From: an uncultured bacterium
Lineage (GTDB): Bacteria; Babelota; Babeliae; Babelales; Babelaceae
Length of the DNA: 64,000 bases
NCBI GenBank assembly: GCA_963713855.1
Contig: OY970209.1
Location: forward strand, 576,001-640,000
Direction: 5' to 3'
In this document: positions 30,807-42,470 of the stretch, piece after piece
Position numbering within the stretch: the first letter of the stretch is position 1
Layout of the letters: each line of letters starts with the position of its first letter
The notes under the pieces: model-generated
What the model was told of the DNA's origin: nothing
What the model saw: only the letters and a program-made list of their open reading frames with translations
Database searches by the model: none
Translations under genes and position numbers: made by a program

Positions 30807-30883
30807 GGGCCTATAGCTCAGGTGGTTAGAGCACCCCGCTGATAACGGGGAGGTCAGTCGTTCAAGTCGACTTAGGCCCACCA
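30807..30883 (+). tRNA. tRNA-Ile(GAT)
   Basis: GGGCCTA...CT-GAT-AA...TAGGCCC-A-CCA in the 16S-23S spacer. Confidence 0.95.
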
Positions 30884-30906
30884 AAAAGGCCTGACTTCCT
30901 TCAAAA

Positions 30907-30982
30907 GGGGGTGTAGCTCAGTTGGTAGAGCGTCCGCTTTGCAAGCGGAAGGTCATCGGTTCGAATCCGATCATCTCCACCA
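30907..30982 (+). tRNA. tRNA-Ala(TGC)
   Basis: GGGGGTG...TT-TGC-AA...CATCTCC-A-CCA in the 16S-23S spacer. Confidence 0.95.
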
Positions 30983-31701
30983 ACAAAACATACCAAATAA
31001 GGTATGTTTTGTGACGCCCAGTTAAGATGTCTTTTGTAATACTAAGTATATTTGGTAAAACTCTTTGTGTTTTAGTATAAAAATTATCGTGTTCTTTGAA
31101 ATGTATAGTGTAATATGTCCTAAGTGACAAATTACTGAGTATCTCAAAAGTTTTGAAAATTTAGTGGTTAATTGAAAAGGGCTTCTGGTGGATGCCTTGG
31201 TACCAAGAGACGATGAAGGAGGCGGTAGACTGCCATAAGCTTCGGGGAGCTGTCAAGCAAGCATTGATCCGAAGATGTCCGAATGAGGAAACTCACTACG
31301 GCAAAACCGTAGTACTCTTATCTGAATCTATAGGGTAGGAGGGTGAACGGCATGAACTGAAACATCTAAGTAGTGCTAGGAAAAGAAAACAAAGTGATTC
31401 CCTGTGTAGTGGTGAGCGAAAGGGGAACAGCCTAAACGTATATTATGTGATAACCTGTGAGTGTTATAGTATATGGGTAGCGGGATTATAATATCTAAAA
31501 GTCACAGCTTTTAGCATAGAGTTACTGAGTTTAGTTGAAATGTTCTGGAATGGACGGCCATAGAAGGTGACAGCCCTGTAAGCGAAAAATCAGTAATATA
31601 TGAGTTTTAATCCCAAGTACTGCAGAGCACGTGGAATTCTGTAGGAATCAGCCCGGACCATCGGGTAAGGCTAAATACTTCTTGGTGACCGATAGTGAAC
31701 G

Positions 31702-31732
<31 letters not shown>

Positions 31733-32305
31733 GGGAGGGGAGTGAAATAGAATCTGAAACCAGTTGTCTACAATCGGTGGAAGCGCAGTTTAAGAACGCG
31801 CAACCACGTACCTTTTGCATAATGAGCCAACGAGTTATCGTATGTTGCAAGGTTAAGCTTAGAAAGAGTGGAGCCGCAGCGAAAGCGAGTCCGAATAGGG
31901 CGTTTAGTAGCATGCGATAGACCCGAAACCCAGCGAGCTACCCATGTCCAGGATGAAGTCTCAGTTAAATGAGATGGAGGTCCGAACCGGTGTAGGTTGA
32001 AGACTGCTCGGATGAGATGTGGGTCGGAGTGAAAGGCTAATCAAGCTGGGAGATAGCTGGTTCTTCCCGAAATATATTGAGGTATAGCCTCGTCGAATTT
32101 ATTATGGCGGTAAAGCACAGTTGAAGTTTTGGGGGAGCAATCTTACCGGACTTTTACTAACTCTGAATGCTATAGTTTTTGAAGACGGGAGTCGGACTGT
32201 GGGGGATAAGCCTCATAGTCGAGAGGGAAACAGCCCAGACCATCAGCTAAGGTCCCAAAATATTTGTTAAGTGTGAAAAGAAGTAGCAGTACATAGACAG
32301 CCAGG

Positions 32306-32362
<57 letters not shown>

Positions 32363-33160
32363 TTTGCTGCACTGAAATACAAACGGGGCTCAAACAAATT
32401 ACCGAAGCTATGGCTTGTATACATTACTTGTAATGTAGTACAGGGGTAGGGAAGCGTTCTCTAGGAGATACAAGCTCGACTGGAAAGACGAGTGCCGGCC
32501 TAGAGAAGTGAATATGTTGGTATAAGTAACGATAAATAGGTGAAATTCCTATTCGCCGTAAGTCTAAGGTTTCCGTGAGACAGGTTTATCCGCTCAGGGT
32601 TAGTCGATGCCTAAGCCGAGGCCAATTGGAGTAGGCGATGGACAACAGGTTAATATTCCTGTACCACTTTTAGGCGTTTGAGCGAAGGGGGGACGCAGTA
32701 GGGTAAGCTGACTTGGCTTATGGATTGCCAAGTTAAGCACGTAGGAAGATTTGATAGGCAAATCCGTCAAATTAATTCTGAGATGTAACGAGTATGTTAA
32801 GTCCTTGTGGCTTGATGTATTCAGCTGATCCCACACTGACTAGAAAAGCCTCTAGCAAGCCATAAGAGTGATCGTACCGCAAACCGACACAGGTAGACGG
32901 GCTGAAAATGCTCAGGCGTTGAGATAACTACCATTAAGGAACTCGGCAACTTGGCCTCGTAACTTCGGGATAAGAGGTGCCTATACTGTGATTTTGCACA
33001 CGCAAGAAAAGCAGTGATAGGTTTCAACAAAGAGGCCCAAGCGACTGTTTATCAAAAACACAGGGCTCTGCAAACTCGTAAGAGGAAGTATAGAGTCTGA
33101 CGCCTGCCCAGTGCCGGAAGGTTAATAGGAGATGTCAGCCGTAAGGCGAAGCGTTGAATT

Positions 33161-33450
<290 letters not shown>

Positions 33451-33484
33451 AACGGTCCTAAGGTAGCGAAGTCCCTTGTCGGGT

Positions 33485-34196
33485 AAGAGAATCTTGCCCC
33501 TTTATCTCGCGAGGGATAATGAAACACCAGCTCATATCGGGGAAGCCCTCCTGAACTTGTTCAAAGGGTAATCCCGAGGGAAGTCTCTTAAGTAATTAAG
33601 ATGACCCCGTAACGACTGATCCGAAAGGAGAGGCACGCGTAAAAGTGTGCAACACGCTGGTTACTTGCCTAAGAAAGGGGGCTTATGGAGATATATAAAG
33701 TACTTGATCCATGGTTTGTGACAGGATTGACTGATGGAGAAGGTTGTTTTTCAATCTCGTTTACGTTGCGAAAGCGCGTAAAGATTGGTATAGAAACGCG
33801 TCCTTCTTTTTCAATATCCTTAAATCGTCGAGATCTTGATTTAATTAAAGCAGTGCATGCTTACTTTAAATGTGGAAGTATTCGTTATAGTAAGAATGAT
33901 CGAACGTACAAGTTTGAAGTTCGTTCAATTCAAGATCTTATAAAACGTATAATACCGCACTATAAGAAGTATCCGTTGCAATCGAGTAAAGCAAGTGATT
34001 TTGCACGGTTTGAGGAGATATGCGCGAAAGTGCATGCCAATCTTCATTTAAGCAGAGATAATCTGCAACAAATCATTGAAAGTGCCTGTCTTATGAATCC
34101 TTCTGGAAAACGGAAGTATACAAAAGACGATCTCCTAAAAGTACTCTGCAAGTAAAAGGTATAGTCTACTTCTTGTAGAAATATAAGATAAAAGTG
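33485..34196 (+). mobile_element. Group I intron at 23S position 1951 (712 nt) carrying a homing endonuclease
   Basis: Interrupts GTCGGGT|AAGTTCCGAC after U, ends in G. P1 gggtaaga/tcttgccc; P7 elements aacgactg and ggtatagtc flank the ORF. Confidence 0.92.
33685..34155 (+). CDS. Single-motif LAGLIDADG homing endonuclease
   Basis: WFVTGLTDGEGCFSIS motif, F.CG.I, IIPH..KYPL.S.K..DF; 156 aa within the L1951 intron. Confidence 0.93.
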   Translation: MEIYKVLDPWFVTGLTDGEGCFSISFTLRKRVKIGIETRPSFSISLNRRDLDLIKAVHAYFKCGSIRYSKNDRTYKFEVRSIQDLIKRIIPHYKKYPLQSSKASDFARFEEICAKVHANLHLSRDNLQQIIESACLMNPSGKRKYTKDDLLKVLCK

Positions 34197-34228
<32 letters not shown>

Positions 34229-34669
34229 TGGGCGCTGTCTTGATGGTAGACTCAGTGAATTTGTAGTACCGGTGAAAATGCCGGTTACCCGCGACTGGAC
34301 GGAAAGACCCCGTGCACCTTTACTGCAACTTGACATTGATTTTCGGATAGCTCTGTGTAGGATAGGCGGGAGACTTTGAAGTTAGGGCGCTAGCTCTAAT
34401 GGAGTCAACCTTGAAATACCGCTCTTATCTGTTTGAAAATCTAACTTTGACCCGTAATCCGGGCAGAGGACCGTGTCTGGTGGGCAGTTTGACTGGGGTG
34501 GTCGCCTCCCAAAATGTAACGGAGGCGTTCAAAGGTTCCCTCAAGGCGAATAGAAATCGCCGGTTGAGTGTAAACGCATAAGGGAGCTTAACTGCGAGAC
34601 ACACAGGTCGAGCAGATGCGAAAGCAGGAGTTAGTGATCCAGTGGTTCTGAATGGAAGGGCCATTGCTA

Positions 34670-34702
<33 letters not shown>

Positions 34703-34979
34703 TATCTCCTCTGAGAGTCCTTATCGACGAGGAGGATTGGCACCTCGATGTCGGATCATCGCATCCTGGGGCTGGAGAAGGTCCCAAGGGTCTGGCTGTT
34801 CGCCAGTTAAAGCGGTACGTGATCTGGGTTCAGAACGTCGTAAGACAGTTCGGTCCTTATCCGTCGTGGGCGTAGGGTATTTGAGAGGGGTTGTTCCTAG
34901 TACGAGAGGACCGGAATGAGTGAGCCTCTAGTGTTCCAGTTGTTTACCAAAAGCAGGCTGGGTAGCTAAGCTCATAAGA

Positions 34980-35010
<31 letters not shown>

Positions 35011-35235
35011 TTGCCTCAAGATAAGATACCCCCGTTTTCGAGCAATCGAAATCATAAGATCCCTTGAAGACTACAAGGTTGATAGGCTGGGTGTGTAAGC
35101 ACAGTAATGTGTTCAGCTAACCAGTACTAATAGATCGAACGTTTTAATCACTTAAATATTTTTTAAAGATACTCTACATCTTAGTTATTAGGACATGCAC
35201 TATATATTTCGAGAACACGACAAGTTTGAAAAATT

Positions 35236-35351
35236 CTCTGGTGCGTATAGCTGTAAGGAAACACCCGTTCCCATTTCGAATACGGCAGTTAAGCTTACAG
35301 CGCCGATGATACTTGTCTGGTAACGGACTGGAAAAGCAGGTAGTGCCAGGG
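35236..35351 (+). rRNA. rrf: 5S rRNA
   Basis: ctctggtg...acacccgttcccatttcgaatacggcagttaag...gccaggg. Confidence 0.92.
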
Positions 35352-35358
35352 TTAAATT

Positions 35359-35393
35359 AAAAAAGGTCGCAGAACATCTGCGACCTTTTTTTT
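35359..35393 (+). terminator. rRNA operon terminator
   Basis: aaaaaaggtcgcaga-aca-tctgcgacctttttttt. Confidence 0.9.
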
Positions 35394-35598
35394 GTAGAAA
35401 AGCGAATACATGTTATTCGATAGTTGGAAGAAACTATCATGTTCTTGTAGATTCTTTTTATGTAAAATCTCTTCTCAACAAGGCTTACATTAAACCTTAA
35501 GCTTACGTCTACGCTATTCTTCTTTTATTGTTATTCCATGAGAGTTTAATTATAATAATAGTATTAGTATTTATTAATTTTTTTCGAAAGGAAATAGT

Positions 35599-35892
35599 AT
35601 GAAAACCTTATTTATGATTGGTTTATTGGGAAGTACTCTGGGATTTGCTTTTGGTTTGACAGGCGTTGTTCGTAGCCGATATCTGTCAGACGTCGAACGA
35701 GCTAAAATGGATATATATGCAGCCGAGAAGGAAATCGAGAAGGCTGAGCGTGATATTAAAACCTATAGTGCAATGGGAGATTTTAGCGTTTATCCGAGCT
35801 ATGTGGAAGCTGCACAGCAAAGACGTAATGAGGCTATTAAAGATATAAAGGATCTGGAAAGAAAACTTAAAGCGGTAGAGCGAAGCTTGTAG
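35599..35892 (+). CDS. Small secreted coiled-coil protein
   Basis: AAGGA SD, signal MKTLFMIGLLGSTLGFAFG, heptad-like charged helices. Confidence 0.6.
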   Translation: MKTLFMIGLLGSTLGFAFGLTGVVRSRYLSDVERAKMDIYAAEKEIEKAERDIKTYSAMGDFSVYPSYVEAAQQRRNEAIKDIKDLERKLKAVERSL

Positions 35893-36130
35893 CGCAGCTA
35901 ATTATCTGTTGATGTCCGAGAACTTAAATAGGCCAGGGTTAAGTAAAAACGATCGTAGTGTTAAAAGCTACGGTCTTTTTTTTGATCAAATGTTGAACCC
36001 TCTAGACAAGATCGGGAGTAATGGCAAATGCCGCTTGTCGGCATGCTCATCAAAACAAAGCCTTTATCATTTCAGATTAGTTGCTTTGTGATATCCTAAT
36101 AAGAACTGCATTTGATCAAAGGGTCACATT

Positions 36131-37123
36131 ATGTTTTTCCAGATAAATTGTCTTAATTTTTTTCTTCTTACTTTGAGCTTTTTTCCTTTTTTTAGTAACT
36201 TGCCTATCAGCGCTATGGAAGAGCAAAAACCGACTCATAAAGAAATAACCGAAGTAAAAAAACTGCCTTTGGGTAGAGAAAATGCAGTGCCATATTACCT
36301 CGTTCTTCATGAAGATAAGCACGTGTGTACGATTTGTCTGGAGGATAACAATAACCCTTACATGCTGCCCATTGTGGCATACACGATGTCACTTTCGCAC
36401 AGGCTTGTAGTCGATTTTTTAGCAGACACGATATCACTAGAAAGAATGGTTGGGCAAACAGGTGCGGCTACCCGCTTGGACAGTTGCCTTCTGCCTTCAC
36501 GTTCCAATGGAGTAGCAATTTCACCTGATGGCACATTTGCGGTTGCTACACACTTTGGGACCAATGTGATTACAACTTACGCACTGCATCAAGATCGATT
36601 AAAAAAACTTGAGACGTATAACCTTCCTGATGGGGCTGATAGTCCGTGGGGTGCTGCTATTGCGCCAGATGGTTCTTCGGTTGCGATCACTCTTGAAAGG
36701 TCTAATCGAGTAATACTAATCCCGTTAAGAGATCAAAGACTTATCATGGGCGAAAGTGCTATCTACAATCTGCCACCCGGTGCCGAAAGTCCAAGCGCGG
36801 TAGCTTATGCGGCTTCCGGGTCGGGTCTTGCTGTGGCTAATTATGGATCTAATAGTGCAGTCTATGCTTCATTAAGACCAGGAACTACAGTCCTAGAAAG
36901 ATTTTCCCATCGAGTATTACCCCCAGGTTCTTCAGGCCCAGTTGCGATAATATTTTCGCGGCAGGACGACTCTTTTATGACAGCCAATTATCTATCTCGC
37001 GATCTTTCAGAATTCATGTTAGGTGATGCGGCTACTTTAGTGGACACTCTGCCAGCATGTTTAATGTTAGTATTGGTAGCATATGCCCTCCGGCTAAGTA
37101 AGACGCAAAAGGGAATACTATAG
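36131..37123 (+). CDS. Secreted beta-propeller (lactonase-like) repeat protein with C-terminal TM (paralog A)
   Basis: Signal + AME; repeats Y.LP.GA..P..VA..PDG..A..N; hydrophobic C-terminus. Confidence 0.75.
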   Translation: MFFQINCLNFFLLTLSFFPFFSNLPISAMEEQKPTHKEITEVKKLPLGRENAVPYYLVLHEDKHVCTICLEDNNNPYMLPIVAYTMSLSHRLVVDFLADTISLERMVGQTGAATRLDSCLLPSRSNGVAISPDGTFAVATHFGTNVITTYALHQDRLKKLETYNLPDGADSPWGAAIAPDGSSVAITLERSNRVILIPLRDQRLIMGESAIYNLPPGAESPSAVAYAASGSGLAVANYGSNSAVYASLRPGTTVLERFSHRVLPPGSSGPVAIIFSRQDDSFMTANYLSRDLSEFMLGDAATLVDTLPACLMLVLVAYALRLSKTQKGIL

Positions 37124-37212
37124 AGCTTATACCACCGCGTTTACCGTGGCAGATTTGTTTGTTTTGTGATAAAATCAGCCTCCATAATGAACTGCTTTTT
37201 GAGGATCAAATT

Positions 37213-38217
37213 ATGTTTTGCAAGAAAAATAATCTTGGATTTAGTGCTCTTCTTACTTTGAGCTTGTTTTCTTTGCTCACTGATTTACATATCTGCGCAA
37301 TGGAAGAGCAAAAAGGTAGTCATAAAGAAATAACAGAAGTAACAAGAAGCTCTCTGCCCAATGGAAGTGGAAGACCTTATTTTCTGACTCGCGTAGGAGA
37401 TGCGCAAGCGGCTAGCATTAATATAGGTGATCACTCTCCAATTCCCCCAATTGTGGCGTACTCGAATACTTCTCCGCACAGGGTGGTTGTTGATTCGTTG
37501 AGAAATTTCGCTACCTTAGAAAGGTTGGCAGGAGTAGGTATGGCTGGTACTCCTCTGGGACTTTTTCGTCTACCCAGTAATACTGCCTTTTCTCAAGGAG
37601 TCGCAATTTCACCAGACGGCTTGCTTGTTGTTATTACACACTTTGGTACGAACAATCTTACGATATACGCTTTACGGCAAGACAGATTAGAAGATAGTGA
37701 AACATATGAACTTCCACCACTGGCTCGTAATCCATGGGGTGTTGTATTTGCTCCCGATGGCTCTTCAATTGCTATCACGCTCTATGGCTCTAATCAAATA
37801 ATGCTAATTCCCATAAGAGATCAAAGACTAGTCATGGCTGAAAGTGCGGTCTACCATCTCCCGCTTGGCGCAGAAGGGCCTCGCTCTGTAACTTATGACA
37901 GGTCTGGCACAGCACTCGCTATTGCTAATTATGGCTCGAATAGTGCAGTCTACGCTTCATTAAGGCCTAGAACTACGATCATAGAAAGATTTTCTCACAG
38001 GTTATTACCTGTAGGTTCTTCCGGTCCCGTTGCAGTATTATTTTCGTCAGAAGACTCTTTTGTTACTGCTAACTTTCTTACTAGAGACCTTGCCACATTT
38101 AGGTTGGGAGCAACCAGCACTTTAGTAGAGGAACCAAACATAATGTTTGTCTTCTTGCTAGCATGTGCGTTATACCTGAGAGATACCAAGGTTTCAGGTG
38201 GTGGTGACCATAAGTAA
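37213..38217 (+). CDS. Secreted beta-propeller repeat protein with C-terminal TM (paralog B)
   Basis: Tandem paralog (AMEEQK..HKEITEV; ANYGSNSAVYASLRP). Start taken at ATG 37213. Confidence 0.75.
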   Translation: MFCKKNNLGFSALLTLSLFSLLTDLHICAMEEQKGSHKEITEVTRSSLPNGSGRPYFLTRVGDAQAASINIGDHSPIPPIVAYSNTSPHRVVVDSLRNFATLERLAGVGMAGTPLGLFRLPSNTAFSQGVAISPDGLLVVITHFGTNNLTIYALRQDRLEDSETYELPPLARNPWGVVFAPDGSSIAITLYGSNQIMLIPIRDQRLVMAESAVYHLPLGAEGPRSVTYDRSGTALAIANYGSNSAVYASLRPRTTIIERFSHRLLPVGSSGPVAVLFSSEDSFVTANFLTRDLATFRLGATSTLVEEPNIMFVFLLACALYLRDTKVSGGGDHK

Positions 38218-38230
38218 ACGATCTTTTTAT

Positions 38231-41200
38231 CTATGCGCCTTCTATCGATCCTTCAGTGCCATCAAAATTAACGTGGCTGGCAGGATGTCTGTGCAGGTAT
38301 TTATAGAGTAAATAGGTGGTTCCTGCAACCGCAACAGCCATGCCTGTAAAAACGATAGGGATACCCAGTGATATGCCCACAATAGCACCCGTAGGCACGC
38401 TGCTTCCATCACCCGATTGTGAAGATCCTCCCTGAGAGCTTCCTCCAAAGAGCACACCAACCGAGACGTCGTTCGAAGCGAAGTTGGCCGTTACGACGTT
38501 TTCGCTAATACCACTACTCGATGTGTAGGGAGCAAATATAATACCTTTAATTGAGTTTGCAGGTAAGTTATAAGAAGTTGCTTGATTGAAGGTGTTACCA
38601 GTAAGGTTAAAAAGCGTAAAGCTATTTGAATCACTGTTTGCAGTCGCTAGAAATCCGCTTGGAGTGTATGCAATCGATTGAGGATTGAGCGACCCTGCTG
38701 GCAAAGGATATGATTGACCAGTACCCAAGCTACCAGAAGAAACAGGAAAAACCGTAACGTCATTCGATCCGCTATTAGCGCTAACAAGTGTAAGTTGTCC
38801 AGATGGAAGTTGGACAAATACAACAGCTTGAGGCCCTGTCGAACCAGAAGGTAAACTTGTCAACATACCGTTACTGAGCGCCCCTTGAGCATAGTCAAAG
38901 AGAACAACATTGTTTGATTTAAAATTAGCTACTGCAAGGAGAGAACTGTCAGGGCTTAGAGCAATTCCTTGGGGGTTAACGGCTCCGGTTGGAAGCTGAG
39001 TGTTGATAGGATTGCTTAAAACACCCTGCGCAAGTTGAAAGACAGTTATATCATTCGATCCACCATCCGCGACAATGCAAAATGCGTTGTCTGGGGTTAT
39101 TAGGATACTAGTTGGGTTTGAGGAACCTGCTGGTAACTTGGTTGAAAAAGCTCCTGTTAATTGGCCGCCTACAACATTAAAAGTAGTTACGTCATTTGTT
39201 TTTTGATTGGCAGTCAGAAGGTATCCGTCAGTTGTAAATGCCAATGCTACTGGCAAGGAAGGCGTAACACCATTGTATGGCAGTGGGTAAGATGTTTTTG
39301 TGCCAAAAGTTAGAGTACTCGTGCTGTTTGGAGTAAATAGAGTTACGTCACTCGACCCATAATTTGCACTTGCTAGATACGCTTGCTGTGGTAAATAAGC
39401 GACAGCATTTGGTTGCTTGGATCCTCGCAGTAATGGTGGTAGAGGAAATATGGTTCCAGTATTAAGCGCTCCATTAGTTACCGTAAACATCGTGACAGCA
39501 GAAATGTCTCGGCTAGCCACCGCTAAAAATGCTCCATTAGGTGAAAAATTTACCGAACCAGCGTTATTGAATCTACCCGGCATTGAATACTGAACTTCAT
39601 TTACTAAGCTTCCGTTGCTTAAAACGTTAAAAATATTAACTGCTCTGGGTCCAAAAGGTGCAACAGCCAAATAAGAGCCTGATGGCGCATAAGAAAGCAA
39701 AAGGGGCACAGCTGCATTATTTATGTCAGTTGTTGGTCCGGTTATAGTTCCCGTTGGGCCCACGTTAAAAACAACAATACTGTCTTGAAAGTTGCCTATT
39801 GTGAGCTTTGAACTATCAGGTGAAAAAGCGATGGAAAAAGGGGTCGGGCTGCTACCAGGAATGGGGTGCGATGTTGGCGTGCCTAATGTACCTCCAGCTT
39901 GTATAGGAAAGAGGGTAAAATCACTAGATCCGCTATTACCGGTAGCAAGAAATGCTCCATTTGGAGAAATTGCAAGCCCATTGGGAGTGCGCGAACCTGC
40001 GGGCAGTGACCATGTTTGGGGATTAGTCAAGCTACCGTCAGATCCAAAGGTCAACGTAGTTACATCTACGGTATTAGCAACAGCAAGATAGGCTCCGCTT
40101 GGAAAAAATGCCATAGCATTGAGCCCATAAACTGAAGGCGTGGCGTACGATGTCCCATTAGTCAACGTGCCCTGGTTTGTGATAGCAAAAACAGTTAATG
40201 TGCTTGCCTGACCATTAGCAGTCACAAGGAATGAGTCATTGGGAGAAAATGCAAGTGAAAAAGGTTGTACTGAATCAGAAACAACGGGATTGGTAGATGC
40301 GAGGGTGAGAGAGCCTCCCACTCCTACGTCGAATACGCTAATGTTAGCAGGAGTATAATTAGCCGTGACAAGAAGAGCATTATTAGGCGAAAATACTACA
40401 CTGAAAGCCTCGCCCGGTAATGAGTAGGAAGTAGGTCCTGTCAATGTTCCGCCAGATCCTACGTCAAAGAGCATAAGATTTGCGCCAGTAACTGCAAGAT
40501 ACTTACCGTCGTTCGAATAGTTTAGAGCTCTAGAAAGTCCGGGAATTGTATACGTTTGCTGATTACTTAACGTTCCATTTACAGCTACGTTGTAGGTAAC
40601 AATATTGCTTACCTGAGTGCCTACCGCTAGGTTTAACCCATCTGCTGAGAAAGCAAGGGACTGCGGTGTTGAGCCCGGTAATGTGTAGCGCGTTCCTGCG
40701 TTAAGTGCGCCGTTTTGAAAGGTAAAAATTGTTATATCGGCAGAACCATAATTAGCTGTCGCAATCAATGAGCCTGAGGGAGAAAAGGCGACATAACCAG
40801 CAAACATCGAACCACTTGGCAGTTTATAAGAAGTGCCTGGGCTAAGCGTTCCTTGCGGTGTTACTGCAAAAACGGTAACGTCCGAGCTCACATTTGCTGT
40901 AACAAGATAATCTCCGGCAGGAGAGAATGCTACCGAAAATGCTTCAGAGGAACCGGGAGGTAGATCGTACGATATTCCGCCTGTTAGCATTCCTTGCGGG
41001 GTTACGGTAAATATGCTTACATCAGACTGATTGGCAGTTGCCAAAAGTGAACCATCAGGCGAAAAAGCTACACCATTTGTTTGTTGAGATCCTGATGGCA
41101 AAGTATAAGGGATACCAGTGCCAACTATGGTGTTCCCGCTTACAGTAAACACGGTTACATCGTTAGTTTGAGGATTAGCAGTTACAAGATAATTACCACT

Positions 41201-41485
41201 TGGCGAAAATGCTGCGCAATTAGGGTTTGTTGAACCTGGTGGCAATAGATAAGATGCACCATTAAAGAGATTCCCGTTTGTATCGACGCTAAAAAAAGAA
41301 ACGTCATTTTGATTTGATGCAGCAACATATTTTCCGCTGTGGGAAAACAAAGCTTCGGTAGGGTATCGTGAGGCACCCGGAAGCAGATAGTTTGTGGCGT
41401 TAAAAGACAAGGCTATAGTGTGAACACAAAAAACGAAAAACGGTAAAGCTCTAAAGAGCACGTGAAAAATGGACATGGTAAACAT
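38231..41485 (-). CDS. Large beta-propeller repeat protein (21 repeats), type I membrane topology
   Basis: Signal peptide, 21 countable (A/V)F(S)P.G-type repeats, GS-rich linker, TM helix, short tail. Start ATG 41485 or 41476. Confidence 0.85.
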   Translation of the reverse strand: MFTMSIFHVLFRALPFFVFCVHTIALSFNATNYLLPGASRYPTEALFSHSGKYVAASNQNDVSFFSVDTNGNLFNGASYLLPPGSTNPNCAAFSPSGNYLVTANPQTNDVTVFTVSGNTIVGTGIPYTLPSGSQQTNGVAFSPDGSLLATANQSDVSIFTVTPQGMLTGGISYDLPPGSSEAFSVAFSPAGDYLVTANVSSDVTVFAVTPQGTLSPGTSYKLPSGSMFAGYVAFSPSGSLIATANYGSADITIFTFQNGALNAGTRYTLPGSTPQSLAFSADGLNLAVGTQVSNIVTYNVAVNGTLSNQQTYTIPGLSRALNYSNDGKYLAVTGANLMLFDVGSGGTLTGPTSYSLPGEAFSVVFSPNNALLVTANYTPANISVFDVGVGGSLTLASTNPVVSDSVQPFSLAFSPNDSFLVTANGQASTLTVFAITNQGTLTNGTSYATPSVYGLNAMAFFPSGAYLAVANTVDVTTLTFGSDGSLTNPQTWSLPAGSRTPNGLAISPNGAFLATGNSGSSDFTLFPIQAGGTLGTPTSHPIPGSSPTPFSIAFSPDSSKLTIGNFQDSIVVFNVGPTGTITGPTTDINNAAVPLLLSYAPSGSYLAVAPFGPRAVNIFNVLSNGSLVNEVQYSMPGRFNNAGSVNFSPNGAFLAVASRDISAVTMFTVTNGALNTGTIFPLPPLLRGSKQPNAVAYLPQQAYLASANYGSSDVTLFTPNSTSTLTFGTKTSYPLPYNGVTPSLPVALAFTTDGYLLTANQKTNDVTTFNVVGGQLTGAFSTKLPAGSSNPTSILITPDNAFCIVADGGSNDITVFQLAQGVLSNPINTQLPTGAVNPQGIALSPDSSLLAVANFKSNNVVLFDYAQGALSNGMLTSLPSGSTGPQAVVFVQLPSGQLTLVSANSGSNDVTVFPVSSGSLGTGQSYPLPAGSLNPQSIAYTPSGFLATANSDSNSFTLFNLTGNTFNQATSYNLPANSIKGIIFAPYTSSSGISENVVTANFASNDVSVGVLFGGSSQGGSSQSGDGSSVPTGAIVGISLGIPIVFTGMAVAVAGTTYLLYKYLHRHPASHVNFDGTEGSIEGA

Positions 41486-41744
41486 CCTTTCAATTACGAG
41501 GGCCAAAAGCTTAATTCTTCGCAAACTTATTTAACTCGAGAACATAAGCTTTTGCCTCTGACTTTTGGCTTAGTATAGTATTACAACAGAGTTTGTCTAC
41601 CACCTGCCGCGTGATTGCTTTCCTTTAAACATACGTCTTAAGCTTGTGCTCAATGAAGAAAGTCACTGTTTATTCTTGCTAGGGTTTTTTCTTTGTGTAT
41701 GATGAATAATAGATTTTTTTTAAAAATTTCCCGGTAAGGTATTT

Positions 41745-42299
41745 ATGGTTTCTTATTTTTTTCGCAGCGCAAGTATGTGCATTGGGATTTTGACGCTTCT
41801 CGGCTGTGGTGGTCAGCAGCAAAATTCTTCTCCATTTAGAGCCGAGCACAAAGCTCGCCAGGACGCGATAAGAGGGGCTGCGAACATCGAACAATTAAAC
41901 CGAGTTTATACGACTACGAGCGGTACTTTCCTTAAAGAAAGAGAACTTTTCGACGCATACATGGCAACAAAAGATACCGAAAGTTTGTCAAAAAACCTTA
42001 AACAGCTTATTGTGCATAAGTATGAAGAAGCCAAAAAGAAAGCATCGTTTAGCGAAGCTCTTCTACAGCCAATTCTCGACTCGAATGCGCATTTTCCCTA
42101 CGTGTGGTATGAGGACAAGTTAAAGTCAGATAGAGCATTATTTGAAAAAGCAGATACCGTGCTAAAACCACAGAATCAACTCATGCAAGATATAACGGTT
42201 CTCGTGTCTCTCATTGATTGGCTCAAAGAACAGATGCCTATTCTCTTTGTTGATCAAATAATGAATGAAAAACGCGATTTAGTATACTTTTTAAGGTAA
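41745..42299 (+). CDS. Hypothetical lipoprotein
   Basis: Lipobox LLG|C after a hydrophobic stretch. Confidence 0.6.
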   Translation: MVSYFFRSASMCIGILTLLGCGGQQQNSSPFRAEHKARQDAIRGAANIEQLNRVYTTTSGTFLKERELFDAYMATKDTESLSKNLKQLIVHKYEEAKKKASFSEALLQPILDSNAHFPYVWYEDKLKSDRALFEKADTVLKPQNQLMQDITVLVSLIDWLKEQMPILFVDQIMNEKRDLVYFLR

Positions 42300-42470
42300 T
42301 CACGAGCTAATAGTTACACCTTACTCTCTCTTATAGCCAATCCGGTCTATTTTTATTTTTTTAAAAATTCAAATATTGATTTTTCAATCTTGAATGTTGT
42401 AGATTAGTGAAAGTAAAGGGCCTATTGCCCGTACAATTAGGAATCGTTTTCTCTAAAAAGAGAGGTAGTC

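Noticed and set aside
32405..32450. Possible intervening sequence (IVS) in 23S helix 45, as in Coxiella
   Set aside because: Only a short hairpin is present, with no large insertion or ORF.
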